From assembly GCA_963702435.1 (NCBI GenBank), contig CAVPCR010000002.1:480001-544000 (forward strand): 64,000 nucleotides of DNA, in the 5' to 3' direction. The DNA comes from Candidatus Eiseniibacteriota bacterium (GTDB lineage: Bacteria; Eisenbacteria; RBG-16-71-46; CAVPCR01). The notes beneath the pieces were generated by a model, which was not told the origin of the DNA, made no database searches, and saw nothing but the letters and a program-made list of their open reading frames with translations. Shown here piece after piece: positions 9,756 through 19,176 of the stretch; the stretch's first letter is position 1, and each line of letters opens with the position of its first letter. The position numbers and the translations under genes were made by a program.

Positions 9756-12686
9756 CTACTGCCGCATGACCACGATCTTCGAAGTCACGACCTGGCCCGG
9801 CGTCTCGACGCAGCAGAAGTAGATGCCGTTCGCGGCATTCGCACCGTCATCGGCCGTCCCGTTCCACGCGACGGCGTGTCGGCCCTGCACGAGCACGCCA
9901 TCGATCAGGGTGCGGACCCGACGCCCTGCGATGTCATAGACTCTCACCACTACCGAGCCCGGCTTGCTCACTTCGAACTCGATCGTCGACGTCTTTGCGA
10001 GCGGGTTCGGCACCGCCCGCGGCAGCCGATCCATCGCCGGGCTTTGCACCGGGTGCCGGGAGAAGGGAATGACTGGAAGGGTGAGATCGATCATCCCCGC
10101 CGGGACCCGACGTTCGCTGTTGAGCCGGCGAGCGAGGTTCCTCGCGTCTTCGTCATTGTCGACAATGGCATCATTGATCTGCCGTGCGATCTGCTGGATC
10201 GCCTGGCTGGCCCTCGCCCCGTCCAAGCTAACCACATCGGTCGAGCGCAGCCGGTTCGAAGCGACGTTGAGCAGGAGCGCGAGGAACTGCTTCTTGGCCC
10301 GCTCGTGCATCGTGGCGCCACCGCCCGGGGTGAGCGTCGCCTCGATCGCTTCGAGCGACATCCTGACCGGCTGTCCCTCTGCCATCAGAAAGGTCACCCC
10401 TTCCACGCTGATCGAGCTGAGATGGTTCTCGAAGAAGTGCTCGAGGAAGAGCGTTGGGTATGTGACACTCATCGCCTCGATCGTCTCCTCAGCCTGCCCG
10501 CGGCCGGTCAGGTGCACTCTGGCCTGGTGCTTCCAGTAGTTCACCTCGCGCACCGGTCCGGCATCCGGCAGAGTTTGCAGGGCGAAGTTCTGCGTGACCA
10601 CTTGTCCCGAAGTGACCACAACATCTACGGTGGCATTGGCGGGCGTCGCAGCCAGGTAGCCGATGGGGACCACGATCGAGATCGAAGCCGTCCCCGCCGG
10701 GACTTCGGCGAAGCTGAACTCTCCCTCCGCGTCGGTGGTCGCGAACTCGACGAATTGGCCCTCGTCCGCAGCCAGGTCCACCGTCACGTTGGCGAGTGGA
10801 GCACCGCCCACACTCACCACTCCCGCCACGCTCCCGGTGACGCTGGTCGCCTGGCACCCGGACGGACGAGCGCCGATCAGGCCGCACCCGCTCTGCTCCG
10901 GCAAGCAAGGCGAACTCTCGGCCAAGTCATAAGACGCGGTGCAGAGTTGCGGATCACGCGAGATGTTGCCGTTCTGCCCGTTCTTCCCCAGGAGGCAGTC
11001 CACCCAGTCGCCGCCGGGGTTGCCGAAGACATCGCTGCAGGTGATCGTCACCGATGAGCCGGAGCCGGCCCACATGGCCGCTCCCTGAGTCGCAAAGGCC
11101 ATGATCGTGTTCTCGATCGTCACATCCGAACCCCAGGTCCCCGCATAGCCCAGACCGATCGCAGCGCCGTGGGCCGACGAGTTCCCCACAAAAGTGCACC
11201 CGCGGAAGAGGGCGCCCCCGGCGACGATGTTCGCTCCGCCACCGTGATCCGCCGAGTTGTCGACGAAGACGCAACCCTCGATGACCGCCTCGTCTCCGGA
11301 CGTGTACAGCCCGCCACCGCCCGTGGCCGCATGGTTGCTCTCGAACCAGCAGTTGCGGATCGTGGGGACGGCACCAGGATTGGCATAGGTCGTAGCACAG
11401 GCGACTCCACCGCCGAAGAACTCGCCCAGCGTGTTGTCGGGAGCCTCACCGTGGCGGATCGTCACCCCTTCGAGCACCGAATCCGGCCCTTCATCCTCGT
11501 CGAAGAGAAACCCCCGGCCCAAATGCTCGCAGTCGATCACGCAGGCTGCAGGGTTCCCGCTCGTCGAGCGGATGGTGATCGCCTTGCCCAAGAACCTGAT
11601 GTCCCGGTTCCCCGCTCCCGTGTAGACACCATCGCAAAGCTCGATCACGTCGCCAGTATGGGCGGAGTCGACTGCGGCACGGATCGTCGTATAGGCTTCA
11701 CTCCCGTCCGGGCAGACGTGGATCACAACCCCCTGAGAGCAGCCGACCGGGAGAGCGCCGATCAGACCGCAGGTGCTCTGTTCCGGTGCGCACGGTGAGC
11801 CCTCGCCCAGGCCGTGCGACGCCCCGCAGAAGAGCGGGTCGAGGGAGATGTTGCCGTTCTGCCCGTTCTTCCCCAGGAGGCAGTCCACCCAGTCGCCGCC
11901 GGGGTTGCCGAAGACATCGCTGCAGGTGATCGTCACCGATGAGCCGGAGCCGGCCCACATGGCCGCTCCCTGAGTCGCAAAGGCCATGATCGTGTTCTCG
12001 ATCGTCACATCCGAACCCCAGGTCCCCGCATAGCCCAGACCGATCGCAGCGCCGTGGGCCGACGAGTTCCCCACAAAGGTGCACCCGCGGAAGAGGGCGC
12101 CCCCGGCGACGATGTTCGCTCCGCCACCGTGATCCGCCGAGTTGTCGACGAAGACGCAACCCTCGATGACCGCCTCGTCTCCGGACGTGTACAGCCCGCC
12201 ACCGCCCGTGGCCGCATGGTTGCTCTCGAACCAGCAGTTGCGGATCGTGGGGACGGCACCAGGATTGGCATAGGTCGTGGCACAGGCGACTCCACCGCCA
12301 AACCCCTCCCCAAGGGTGTTGGTTGGGGCCACCCCATTGCGGATGGTCACCCCTTCGAGTACCGAGTCTGCCCCTTCATCCTGGTCAAAGAGGAACCCGC
12401 GTGCCTGCCCCTGGCAGTCGATCACGCAACTGGCTGGAACTCCACTCGCCGAGCGGATGGTGATCGCCTTCCTGAGGTACCTGATTTCTCTGTTGTCGGC
12501 CCCCGAGAAGACACCATCACCAAGCTCGATCACATCCCCATTATTGGCGGCCGCGACCGCGGCGCGGATCGTCGGATAGGTCCCGCTTCCGTCCGGGTAC
12601 ACGACAAGCGTGGCACCCAGGGCCGAGTAGGGTCCAAGAGCCAGCACTGCACTCATCCAGAGTGCGGCATTCGTCATGAGGCGCAT
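9756..12686 (-). CDS. secreted protein: two right-handed beta-helix domains, carboxypeptidase-regulatory-like domain, C-terminal FlgD-like Ig/sorting domain
   Basis: Signal peptide after AGGAG RBS; GGG..C / FxxN repeats; C-terminal PNP..TTIEF..VYDIAGRRVRTL..WNG..GIYF. Confidence 0.8.
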   Translation of the reverse strand: MRLMTNAALWMSAVLALGPYSALGATLVVYPDGSGTYPTIRAAVAAANNGDVIELGDGVFSGADNREIRYLRKAITIRSASGVPASCVIDCQGQARGFLFDQDEGADSVLEGVTIRNGVAPTNTLGEGFGGGVACATTYANPGAVPTIRNCWFESNHAATGGGGLYTSGDEAVIEGCVFVDNSADHGGGANIVAGGALFRGCTFVGNSSAHGAAIGLGYAGTWGSDVTIENTIMAFATQGAAMWAGSGSSVTITCSDVFGNPGGDWVDCLLGKNGQNGNISLDPLFCGASHGLGEGSPCAPEQSTCGLIGALPVGCSQGVVIHVCPDGSEAYTTIRAAVDSAHTGDVIELCDGVYTGAGNRDIRFLGKAITIRSTSGNPAACVIDCEHLGRGFLFDEDEGPDSVLEGVTIRHGEAPDNTLGEFFGGGVACATTYANPGAVPTIRNCWFESNHAATGGGGLYTSGDEAVIEGCVFVDNSADHGGGANIVAGGALFRGCTFVGNSSAHGAAIGLGYAGTWGSDVTIENTIMAFATQGAAMWAGSGSSVTITCSDVFGNPGGDWVDCLLGKNGQNGNISRDPQLCTASYDLAESSPCLPEQSGCGLIGARPSGCQATSVTGSVAGVVSVGGAPLANVTVDLAADEGQFVEFATTDAEGEFSFAEVPAGTASISIVVPIGYLAATPANATVDVVVTSGQVVTQNFALQTLPDAGPVREVNYWKHQARVHLTGRGQAEETIEAMSVTYPTLFLEHFFENHLSSISVEGVTFLMAEGQPVRMSLEAIEATLTPGGGATMHERAKKQFLALLLNVASNRLRSTDVVSLDGARASQAIQQIARQINDAIVDNDEDARNLARRLNSERRVPAGMIDLTLPVIPFSRHPVQSPAMDRLPRAVPNPLAKTSTIEFEVSKPGSVVVRVYDIAGRRVRTLIDGVLVQGRHAVAWNGTADDGANAANGIYFCCVETPGQVVTSKIVVMRQ
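10960..12299. repeat. internal near-identical direct repeat (10960-11414 vs 11845-12299)
   Basis: ~455 bp copies 885 bp apart; only two synonymous differences found on manual comparison. Confidence 0.9.
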
Positions 12687-12790
12687 GTCGTTACTCCTGG
12701 TCTTGCGAGTCATGCCCCTGATCTTCCCTAGATTCAGGAGGAGACTGCCAGCGGCCGAGTGCGGCCTGTGGCACCTCGACTCCAGACATG

Positions 12791-12806
12791 AGCATGACCA
12801 ATGCCA
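12791..12806 (-). promoter_or_regulatory. sigma54 -24/-12 promoter
   Basis: TGGCATTGGTCATGCT (GG-N10-GC) ~105 bp upstream of the beta-helix gene. Confidence 0.55.
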
Positions 12807-13072
12807 GCGTACGCGCTGGACGCTTCACTTACCGCAAGCCAGCAATCCAATAGCGGCAGCTTTCTTCTGCTCGCGCTCGACTGTGATTCCGCTGGCGGCA
12901 GAGAAGGTCGACCGGGTGGAAACTTGGGATGGCATTGTGCCAGGTGGTAACCCGGGGCGCCGGCGGCGGCCCACGCCGGCCACCCCGGGTTCCGAGACTC
13001 GCGTGGGGTGCCCCTCGACCATCGCGAGCGCTGCTGTCGATCCCGGCGCGACACCCGCATGCCCGATCCTCA

Positions 13073-13089
13073 GGCAGGATCGGTGCCAA
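13073..13089 (-). promoter_or_regulatory. second sigma54 -24/-12 motif
   Basis: TTGGCACCGATCCTGCC (GG-N10-GC). Confidence 0.45.
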
Positions 13090-13350
13090 GTTCGCCGATT
13101 GCTGATACCGGCAACAAGGACAGAGTCTCTTTCTCGGCTCTCTCATGGTACCGAGGCAGCCAGGCAGAGCGACGATAGTCCGGAATCTGAACTCCTGAGT
13201 CCACCTTTTGGAATGCGAGGTCAATTCCCGGACAGTGACAATCCACTGCCGTGTAGTTTGACCCTGAGCCCTTCCTCTCCTATCCTGTATGGTTTCGGGT
13301 GCACGTGGTTCACGACCACCACGCCTTGTGCGGAGCGAGACGACACGAGC

Positions 13351-15378
13351 ATGAGCCGCCTCCGATCCCCAACCCCGATTGTCAAGGCTCACTGGTTCGC
13401 CTTCATCGCAGTTCTCAAGAAACCCGACGACGGCCTCACCCTCGACCTCCTCCGGAGCCATCTCTCGCACGAAGCCTCGGCCAAGTTCGCGCGCCTCGCC
13501 GGCTTGCTCGCCGAGTGGAGGCTGGCCCGCTACCGCCCCGAGGACGCGGCGGAGACCGAGCAGATCCTCCGACGCCTCGAGACTCTCTACGTAGGCCACG
13601 CCCGCCTGACCGCGAAGAGCCTCTCCGCCTTCCATCGCTTGGCTCGCATCCTGCTATCCATTATCCGGATGCGGGAGATGGCTCGTTCCGACCTCTCTCG
13701 CCAGGACACCCTCGATTCCTTCGACGGCGAGCTACGCCACATGGAGCGAAGCGCTCAGATCTTGATCGAGCGGATCTCCGAGCGGTACGCGGTGCGCCTC
13801 CCGGCACTGGCCCGGAGCGCCTACACCGATCTCACGCGCGAGTCGGCCGCGCTCACGAAGGCCGGTCGCCTCGCGCTCGTCGATGAGATCGACGACGGCG
13901 CGGCGGGCGGCACCTGGATCCCGCGGGTGGAAGCCAGCCGCTGGAGCGATGTGATCACGAACCTCCTCCGGAACGGGGTCGAAGCAGCGGCCGACCGGAG
14001 CGCAGCAAAACGCAGTGAACCCGCCGCCACCGCTGAGCCAGCGCCTCTACCCCCGCCCCAGGTCACAGTCTCGCTTCGCCGCGGCGCATCCCCGGGCAAG
14101 GCGGTGCTCGAGATCGCGGACGAAGGTGTCGGCATGCCGCCCGTGGAAGCCGATTCCATATGGACGACCGGGCGGAGCCGTCACGGCCGTGGTCGCGGTC
14201 ACGGCCTCACCGAGGCGAAGCGCGCTTTCCTCCTCTCCCGCGGCGACGTCGAGGTGCGGAGCGCCACCGGCGTCGGCACCTGCGTCCGGATCGACGTCGC
14301 CCCGCGCGACGTCCCAATCGCCCCGGTCCGGCTATGGGAGATCCCACCGGTCGTGGTCCCCGCCGTCCTCCTCGTCGCCGCGGCGGCGGTCGGTCTCTCG
14401 ACGATGGGCGGTCCCGACCCCACGCTGGTCCGGGCCGCCGGACCCACCACCGTCGCCGCGGAGACCGAACTCGGCCGGATGCTCTGGCAACGCGACCTCG
14501 GCGAGGCCATCCTTCCCAACGAACCTACCGGCGTGGTGATGCCTCCTGGCGTTTACAAAGGTGTCGAGGAACACCAGCTCCTGGTCCGGAACGAGAAGGG
14601 CCGCGTGGAACACGTCCTCGTCGCCACGCAGGCCGCGGCCGGCCCCGCCAGGATCTGGTTCCTGGATCGCCGCGGGCGCGTCGAGGAAGTGCGGCCGCTC
14701 GCGTGGACTCCCCCGTCGCGCGGCTCGCTGAGCCATCTCACCTGTACGTGGCGGAAACAGACCCGCTGGGCGGACGGGCAGACCGCCCTCGTGCTACACG
14801 TGCGGGAGGGCAACTATGCCTCGACCGTGACCCAGTTCCTGTCGACGGCGGGGGAATCGCTCGGCGCGTACTACCACCAGGGCCACCTGCTATACCGCGC
14901 GGACCTCGATCTCGACGGGGACGGGAAGACCGAGATCCTCCTCCACGGCATCAACAATCCGGCACAGAGCGACTCGACGATCTTCGCGGCGGATGTCGGG
15001 CAGTACGTGCACTGCGTCGTGCTCCTCGAGGTCCCGCGCGTGAATGGACAGGCGTACCCGTACCGCACCTGGCAGGGCATGCCGGAGGCCAGGGAAGAGG
15101 GCTACCTCCTAATCCCGCCCCTCGCCGGCGTGCCGCTCGTCATCCATCACATCAACATCGGAGACACCGGGCCGGACGGCACGCACCAGGTGGAAGTCGT
15201 GCTCTATGACGGGCGGATCTATCGTTGCGACGAGCATCTCCGCCCGCTCACCTGCACGACCGGGGACTTGACGCCGGCGCGCGCGCTGGCCCCGATCGAG
15301 CCGCTCGGCCCGCTCGTTTACTTCCACGATGGCGAGCGGGTCGACATCCGGATCCCTATCGCGGCGGGCGGGATCTAG
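13351..15378 (+). CDS. atypical histidine kinase: N-terminal HATPase_c, TM helix, C-terminal extracytoplasmic beta-rich domain
   Basis: N-box NLLRNGVEA, G1 DEGVGM, G2 GRGHGL; TM VVVPAVLLVAAAAVGL; FG-GAP-like DLDGDGKTEILL. Confidence 0.75.
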   Translation: MSRLRSPTPIVKAHWFAFIAVLKKPDDGLTLDLLRSHLSHEASAKFARLAGLLAEWRLARYRPEDAAETEQILRRLETLYVGHARLTAKSLSAFHRLARILLSIIRMREMARSDLSRQDTLDSFDGELRHMERSAQILIERISERYAVRLPALARSAYTDLTRESAALTKAGRLALVDEIDDGAAGGTWIPRVEASRWSDVITNLLRNGVEAAADRSAAKRSEPAATAEPAPLPPPQVTVSLRRGASPGKAVLEIADEGVGMPPVEADSIWTTGRSRHGRGRGHGLTEAKRAFLLSRGDVEVRSATGVGTCVRIDVAPRDVPIAPVRLWEIPPVVVPAVLLVAAAAVGLSTMGGPDPTLVRAAGPTTVAAETELGRMLWQRDLGEAILPNEPTGVVMPPGVYKGVEEHQLLVRNEKGRVEHVLVATQAAAGPARIWFLDRRGRVEEVRPLAWTPPSRGSLSHLTCTWRKQTRWADGQTALVLHVREGNYASTVTQFLSTAGESLGAYYHQGHLLYRADLDLDGDGKTEILLHGINNPAQSDSTIFAADVGQYVHCVVLLEVPRVNGQAYPYRTWQGMPEAREEGYLLIPPLAGVPLVIHHINIGDTGPDGTHQVEVVLYDGRIYRCDEHLRPLTCTTGDLTPARALAPIEPLGPLVYFHDGERVDIRIPIAAGGI

Positions 15379-15400
15379 CCGGGGCCGAGGGATGGGGAAG

Positions 15401-17020
15401 ATGAACTCACAGACCGATTCCGCAGGCCCGATGGGTTCGATCCCGGGCGATGGCGCCGGGGCGTCGCCGGCCGCGCTCCCTGCGATCCTCATCATCGACG
15501 ATCGCGAGGACCTCCACCGCTTCTGCGTCCGCTGCCTCGGCGATCGCTTCGCGTTCGCGCGTGTCGCGTCCGGGAAAGAGGCGCGCGCGCTTCTCGAGAG
15601 CGACGCCCGCGTGGAAGCGGCGCTCGTCGACCGCGACTTCTCCTATGCCCCGGCCGACGCGCTCCTCGGCCCGCCCGACCAGGCGCGCGACGAGGGGCTC
15701 CACATCCTCCGCTGGCTCCGGCAGGAACACCCTGCCGTCCCCGTCCTCATGGTCACCGGCTACCGGGACCAGCAAGTGGCCATGAACGCCGCCGACCTGG
15801 GCGCGGATTTCCTGGCCTGGGAAGACGTGCGCGATGACCCCGGAATCCTCGCCGCCCGGCTCCAGCGGGCGCTCGACCTGAGCGGGGCGGAGCCCGAGCG
15901 GATTCTCGCCCGGTTCCGCGCGCTCGGTGTCGTTGCGGAGTCTCCCGCCTTCATGAACATGCTCATCGCGCTCCACCAGGCCATGGTGGGAACTGCCCCG
16001 ATTCTCCTCCTTGGCGAGACCGGAACCGGGAAGGACACGCTCGCCTTCGCGGTCCATGCCTTGAGCGGCGACTCGAGCCGGAACTTCGTCTACGTGAACA
16101 TCGCCGCCCTCAATTCCAACCTGATCGAGAGCGAGCTCTTCGGGCATGAGCGCGGCGCCTACACCGGCGCGCATCGCTCGACGCCCGGCAAGATGCGCTA
16201 TGCCGACGGCGGAACGCTCTTCCTGAACGAGATCGGGGAGCTGCCGCTGGACCTCCAGGTCAAGCTCCTGACGGCGCTCGAACGGAAAGAGGTGCTCCCG
16301 GTCGGCGCCGTGCGCACCTACCCGACCCGCTTTCGCCTCATCACGGCGACATCGCGCGATCTCGGCGCGCTCGTCCGGGAAGGCCGCTTCCGCCCCGACC
16401 TCTTCCACCGCATCGCCTGGCACACGATCACGCTGCCGCCGCTCCGGGAGCGCCGCGAGGACATTCCGGCCCTGATCCGCGCCTTCCTCCGGAACTCGGG
16501 GCAGGGACAGGAAGGCGGGGTCCTCGGTATCGCAAGCGAGGCGGTCGAGTACCTGCGCGGGCTTCAATGGCATGGCAACGTGCGCGAGCTGCAGGGGGTG
16601 GTCGAGGCAGCGACCGCAGTCGCGAGCGGCGTCATCACGCTCCCGGATGTGCGGGAGGTGGTGCGCCGCCGCGAGCGGATCGATGCGTTGTGGACCTCGG
16701 TGCCCGCGTCGTCCAGCATGTCCGGGCCGCAAGCGGCCGGCCTGCCGTCGGAGCCCGTGCACGCCGACGGCCTCGAGTGCGAGCGCGTCGTGTTCGGGAA
16801 TCTCACCTTCCGCGAACTCACGGGCCGCTACTTCGACTACCTCCTCCGCCTCACCGGCGGCCGGCTCACCGAGGTGGCGCGGCGCGGCGGCATCGCCAAG
16901 GCCACGGCCTTCGAGTGGCGGAAGCGGTTCAAGAACGGCGGCGAGCGGAACACCCCACACAGCGACCACAACGAGCACAATGCACCGGATGGGGACCCGG
17001 ATGACGGCGCAAGTGCCTGA
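15401..17020 (+). CDS. sigma54-dependent response regulator (REC-AAA+-HTH)
   Basis: ILIIDD, GETGTGKD, ESELFGHERGAYTGA, GRFRPDLFHRI, WHGNVREL, C-terminal HTH. Confidence 0.92.
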   Translation: MNSQTDSAGPMGSIPGDGAGASPAALPAILIIDDREDLHRFCVRCLGDRFAFARVASGKEARALLESDARVEAALVDRDFSYAPADALLGPPDQARDEGLHILRWLRQEHPAVPVLMVTGYRDQQVAMNAADLGADFLAWEDVRDDPGILAARLQRALDLSGAEPERILARFRALGVVAESPAFMNMLIALHQAMVGTAPILLLGETGTGKDTLAFAVHALSGDSSRNFVYVNIAALNSNLIESELFGHERGAYTGAHRSTPGKMRYADGGTLFLNEIGELPLDLQVKLLTALERKEVLPVGAVRTYPTRFRLITATSRDLGALVREGRFRPDLFHRIAWHTITLPPLRERREDIPALIRAFLRNSGQGQEGGVLGIASEAVEYLRGLQWHGNVRELQGVVEAATAVASGVITLPDVREVVRRRERIDALWTSVPASSSMSGPQAAGLPSEPVHADGLECERVVFGNLTFRELTGRYFDYLLRLTGGRLTEVARRGGIAKATAFEWRKRFKNGGERNTPHSDHNEHNAPDGDPDDGASA

Positions 17021-17099
17021 CCGGATGATCTATCGGGGCAAGGACGACTACGGTATGGCCCCTCCGATTTCCTTGTACCCCCGATTGTGGTAGAGGAGA

Positions 17100-17190
17100 C
17101 GGCGGGCTCCAAGGAGGGGCGAGCAGCGGTGCTGCGGCTCCTGCGGGGCGAGAGCCTGGAGGCGGTGTCGCGTGAAGCTGAGTCGGAGGT
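17100..17190 (+). pseudogene. remnant of IS3-type transposase OrfA HTH
   Basis: Translates to AAVLRLLRGESLEAVSRE, resembling IS3 orfA/DUF1153-like HTH; no rest of element. Confidence 0.45.
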
Positions 17191-17197
17191 GAGCGAA

Positions 17198-17887
17198 GTG
17201 CATGGACAACGAGGACCCCTCGCTAGTCGGGTACCACTCGTCGTAGTCACTCTCCTGGTACTGAGCGGATGTGCCGCCAAGACATTCGACGCTTCCGTCC
17301 TGAGGTACAGGGACGGATCACTGAGCAGTGCGTCGCTGAATCAAGGTGGCCTCGTCCTTCTGCCGGTCGAAGCGAGGCCAGGCCTCGAAACATACGCGCT
17401 ACAGGTTGACACGCTTCTGGCGGCGCGCCTCGCCGCGGAAAGGACGTATGGCACCTCCGCCCGAGACAGCATGCTGTCAAGCACGAAAGCGGACTCTCTC
17501 GCAGACGTGTTGTCGCGTCTCTACTTCACAGACGAGGGCTCTGCGGGAGTCATTGCAGCGGATCTGTCCAGACGTCTACAAGTGCGTTATCTTCTCAGTG
17601 TTTATGTCGAAAGCCTCGGCGACAAGCCAGCCGGAACAGTCGTGTCATATTCGCCAGGGTACACGACGCCTCAAGGGGTGTACGTACCTGGGCCACCGAT
17701 CCAGAGCACGACGACGCGAAGGGGTCTCGTTGCCGTTGCCCGGATCTGGGATGGCGTCGCAGGCGCTGTGGTGTGGGACCGCCAATGTGAGGCTGCGTCC
17801 GAGGCTAGTGGCTGGACACATCATCCGGACGACTGGCGAGTCTACGTCGACGTCCTTGTTGCGGATCTTCTTGCCTCCTTACCGTGA
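17198..17887 (+). CDS. hypothetical lipoprotein
   Basis: GGAGG then GTG; hydrophobic stretch plus lipobox LSGC; lower GC than host genes. Confidence 0.7.
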   Translation: MHGQRGPLASRVPLVVVTLLVLSGCAAKTFDASVLRYRDGSLSSASLNQGGLVLLPVEARPGLETYALQVDTLLAARLAAERTYGTSARDSMLSSTKADSLADVLSRLYFTDEGSAGVIAADLSRRLQVRYLLSVYVESLGDKPAGTVVSYSPGYTTPQGVYVPGPPIQSTTTRRGLVAVARIWDGVAGAVVWDRQCEAASEASGWTHHPDDWRVYVDVLVADLLASLP

Positions 17888-18046
17888 TGTGCGCGACGCC
17901 ACTCCGTGCCAATGTAGATGAGACACCCAGCCTCCCCGAGTCTTGTGTAGAGGGCGACCATGGAGTTCAAGATGAGTTCCCAGCAGTCTGGGTTCATCCC
18001 GGTCGAGAGGGAGGTCGAGGTGTCGGCGAGGGCAGAGGGGCGGCGG

Positions 18047-18642
18047 TGAAGTCGGACGCGGTCGCCTTCAGTCTCAGAGTGCCTGGCGTGGACAATGGTC
18101 CCGGCGGCGCGCTCCTCGCGCCGGGACTCGTGGATACGCTGCGCGCCATGGTCGGCTGGCGACCCTTCATCGTGCGCGATGCGGGCCGCATCCGCCGCCT
18201 CGAGTTCGTCAACAAGCAGGACCGCCGCTTCACGTGTCAGGACGAGAAGATCCTCGCCCGGCTCGCGCAAGCGTTCCGGATCGCCCCCTCGACGCCCGAT
18301 GGATGCCCCTTCTCGAACCACTTGCGGCTCGAAACGGACGCCGACGTCCTCTTCTGCTCGGTCGCGGCGGATGGATGTGAAGGGACGCTGCTCGTCGCTC
18401 CGCCCTCGGCAGAGTTCGAGGCAGCCTGGAGAGAGGGCGGCGAGGCGGTCAGGGATGCAATGCGCTCGAGGTGCACCCAGTACGCCATCACCTGGGAGTC
18501 GTACGCCATCGTCAGGCGCCTCGCCCACTCGAACCACATCCTGCTCGCGGAAAACGACTCCATGTCGCTGCGGGAGATCGCCGCCGACCTCTACGACTAC
18601 CTCGTGGCCCGCATCAAGAATGAGCTGCGGCGATGGCTATAG
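18047..18642 (+). CDS. hypothetical protein, N-terminally truncated paralog of 19177..20133
   Basis: Aligns with the C-terminal two-thirds of the downstream ORF (GALLAPGLV, WRPF, CPF.NHLRLETD, ADGC, CTQYAI); start uncertain. Confidence 0.6.
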
Positions 18643-18733
18643 CGCCGAGGCGGCCGTGGAACAGCCGTGGGGCAGCCGTGATCCGAAGGCCCGTCACGGA
18701 GAGACCCGCTGCGCGTGGCAGCAAGTGCGTCAG

Positions 18734-19042
18734 CTACTGGCTCGAGCCGCCGCCGCTTCGCCGCCGTTTCGGTCGCGCCGGCGCGGGAGGCGTGGCGGGA
18801 CGCATCTTGGATGGCGGACGCTTCTTGGGTCGTTGGACCAGGGAGGCCATTCGGAGGGCAGCCCGAAGGGCCTCGTTGACGGCTGCATCCGTCGGAAAGG
18901 CCTGAGCGACATCCGGCTCGAGCAAGACCAGGTTGGTTCCTGCCCGAGCGCGAGCAGCGTACTTGCCCTGGACTCCACCCTTCATGGTCGCAAAGTCGTA
19001 CTCGTCGCGGATGTCCGCCGAGGCCTCAGGCTCTTCGCTGAC
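18734..19042 (-). pseudogene. BrnA-like antitoxin lacking a start codon
   Basis: DIRDEYDFATMKGGVQGKYA...TNLVLLEPDVAQAFPTDAAVNEALR; expected start position reads GTC. Confidence 0.65.
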
Positions 19043-19122
19043 AGAGTCTCCGCTCGTGGCTCGTGGCGCGGCGAGCGCTCGAGATTCTCCGCCGCCTTCG
19101 CGGGGTCCCACTTGAAGATCAC
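19026..19122 (-). pseudogene. BrnT toxin, internally deleted
   Basis: N-terminus VIFKWDPAKAAENL joined out of frame to C-terminus SARRATSHERR. Confidence 0.7.
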
Positions 19123-19176
19123 GCTGCGGAGCATACCGCACGTCGCAATGCAGCACTTCAACCAGGAGTACGACTG

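Noticed and set aside
12676..13350. 225-aa N-terminal extension of the kinase ORF
   Set aside because: Atypical composition and codon usage; overlaps promoter motifs; ATG at 13351 is more plausible
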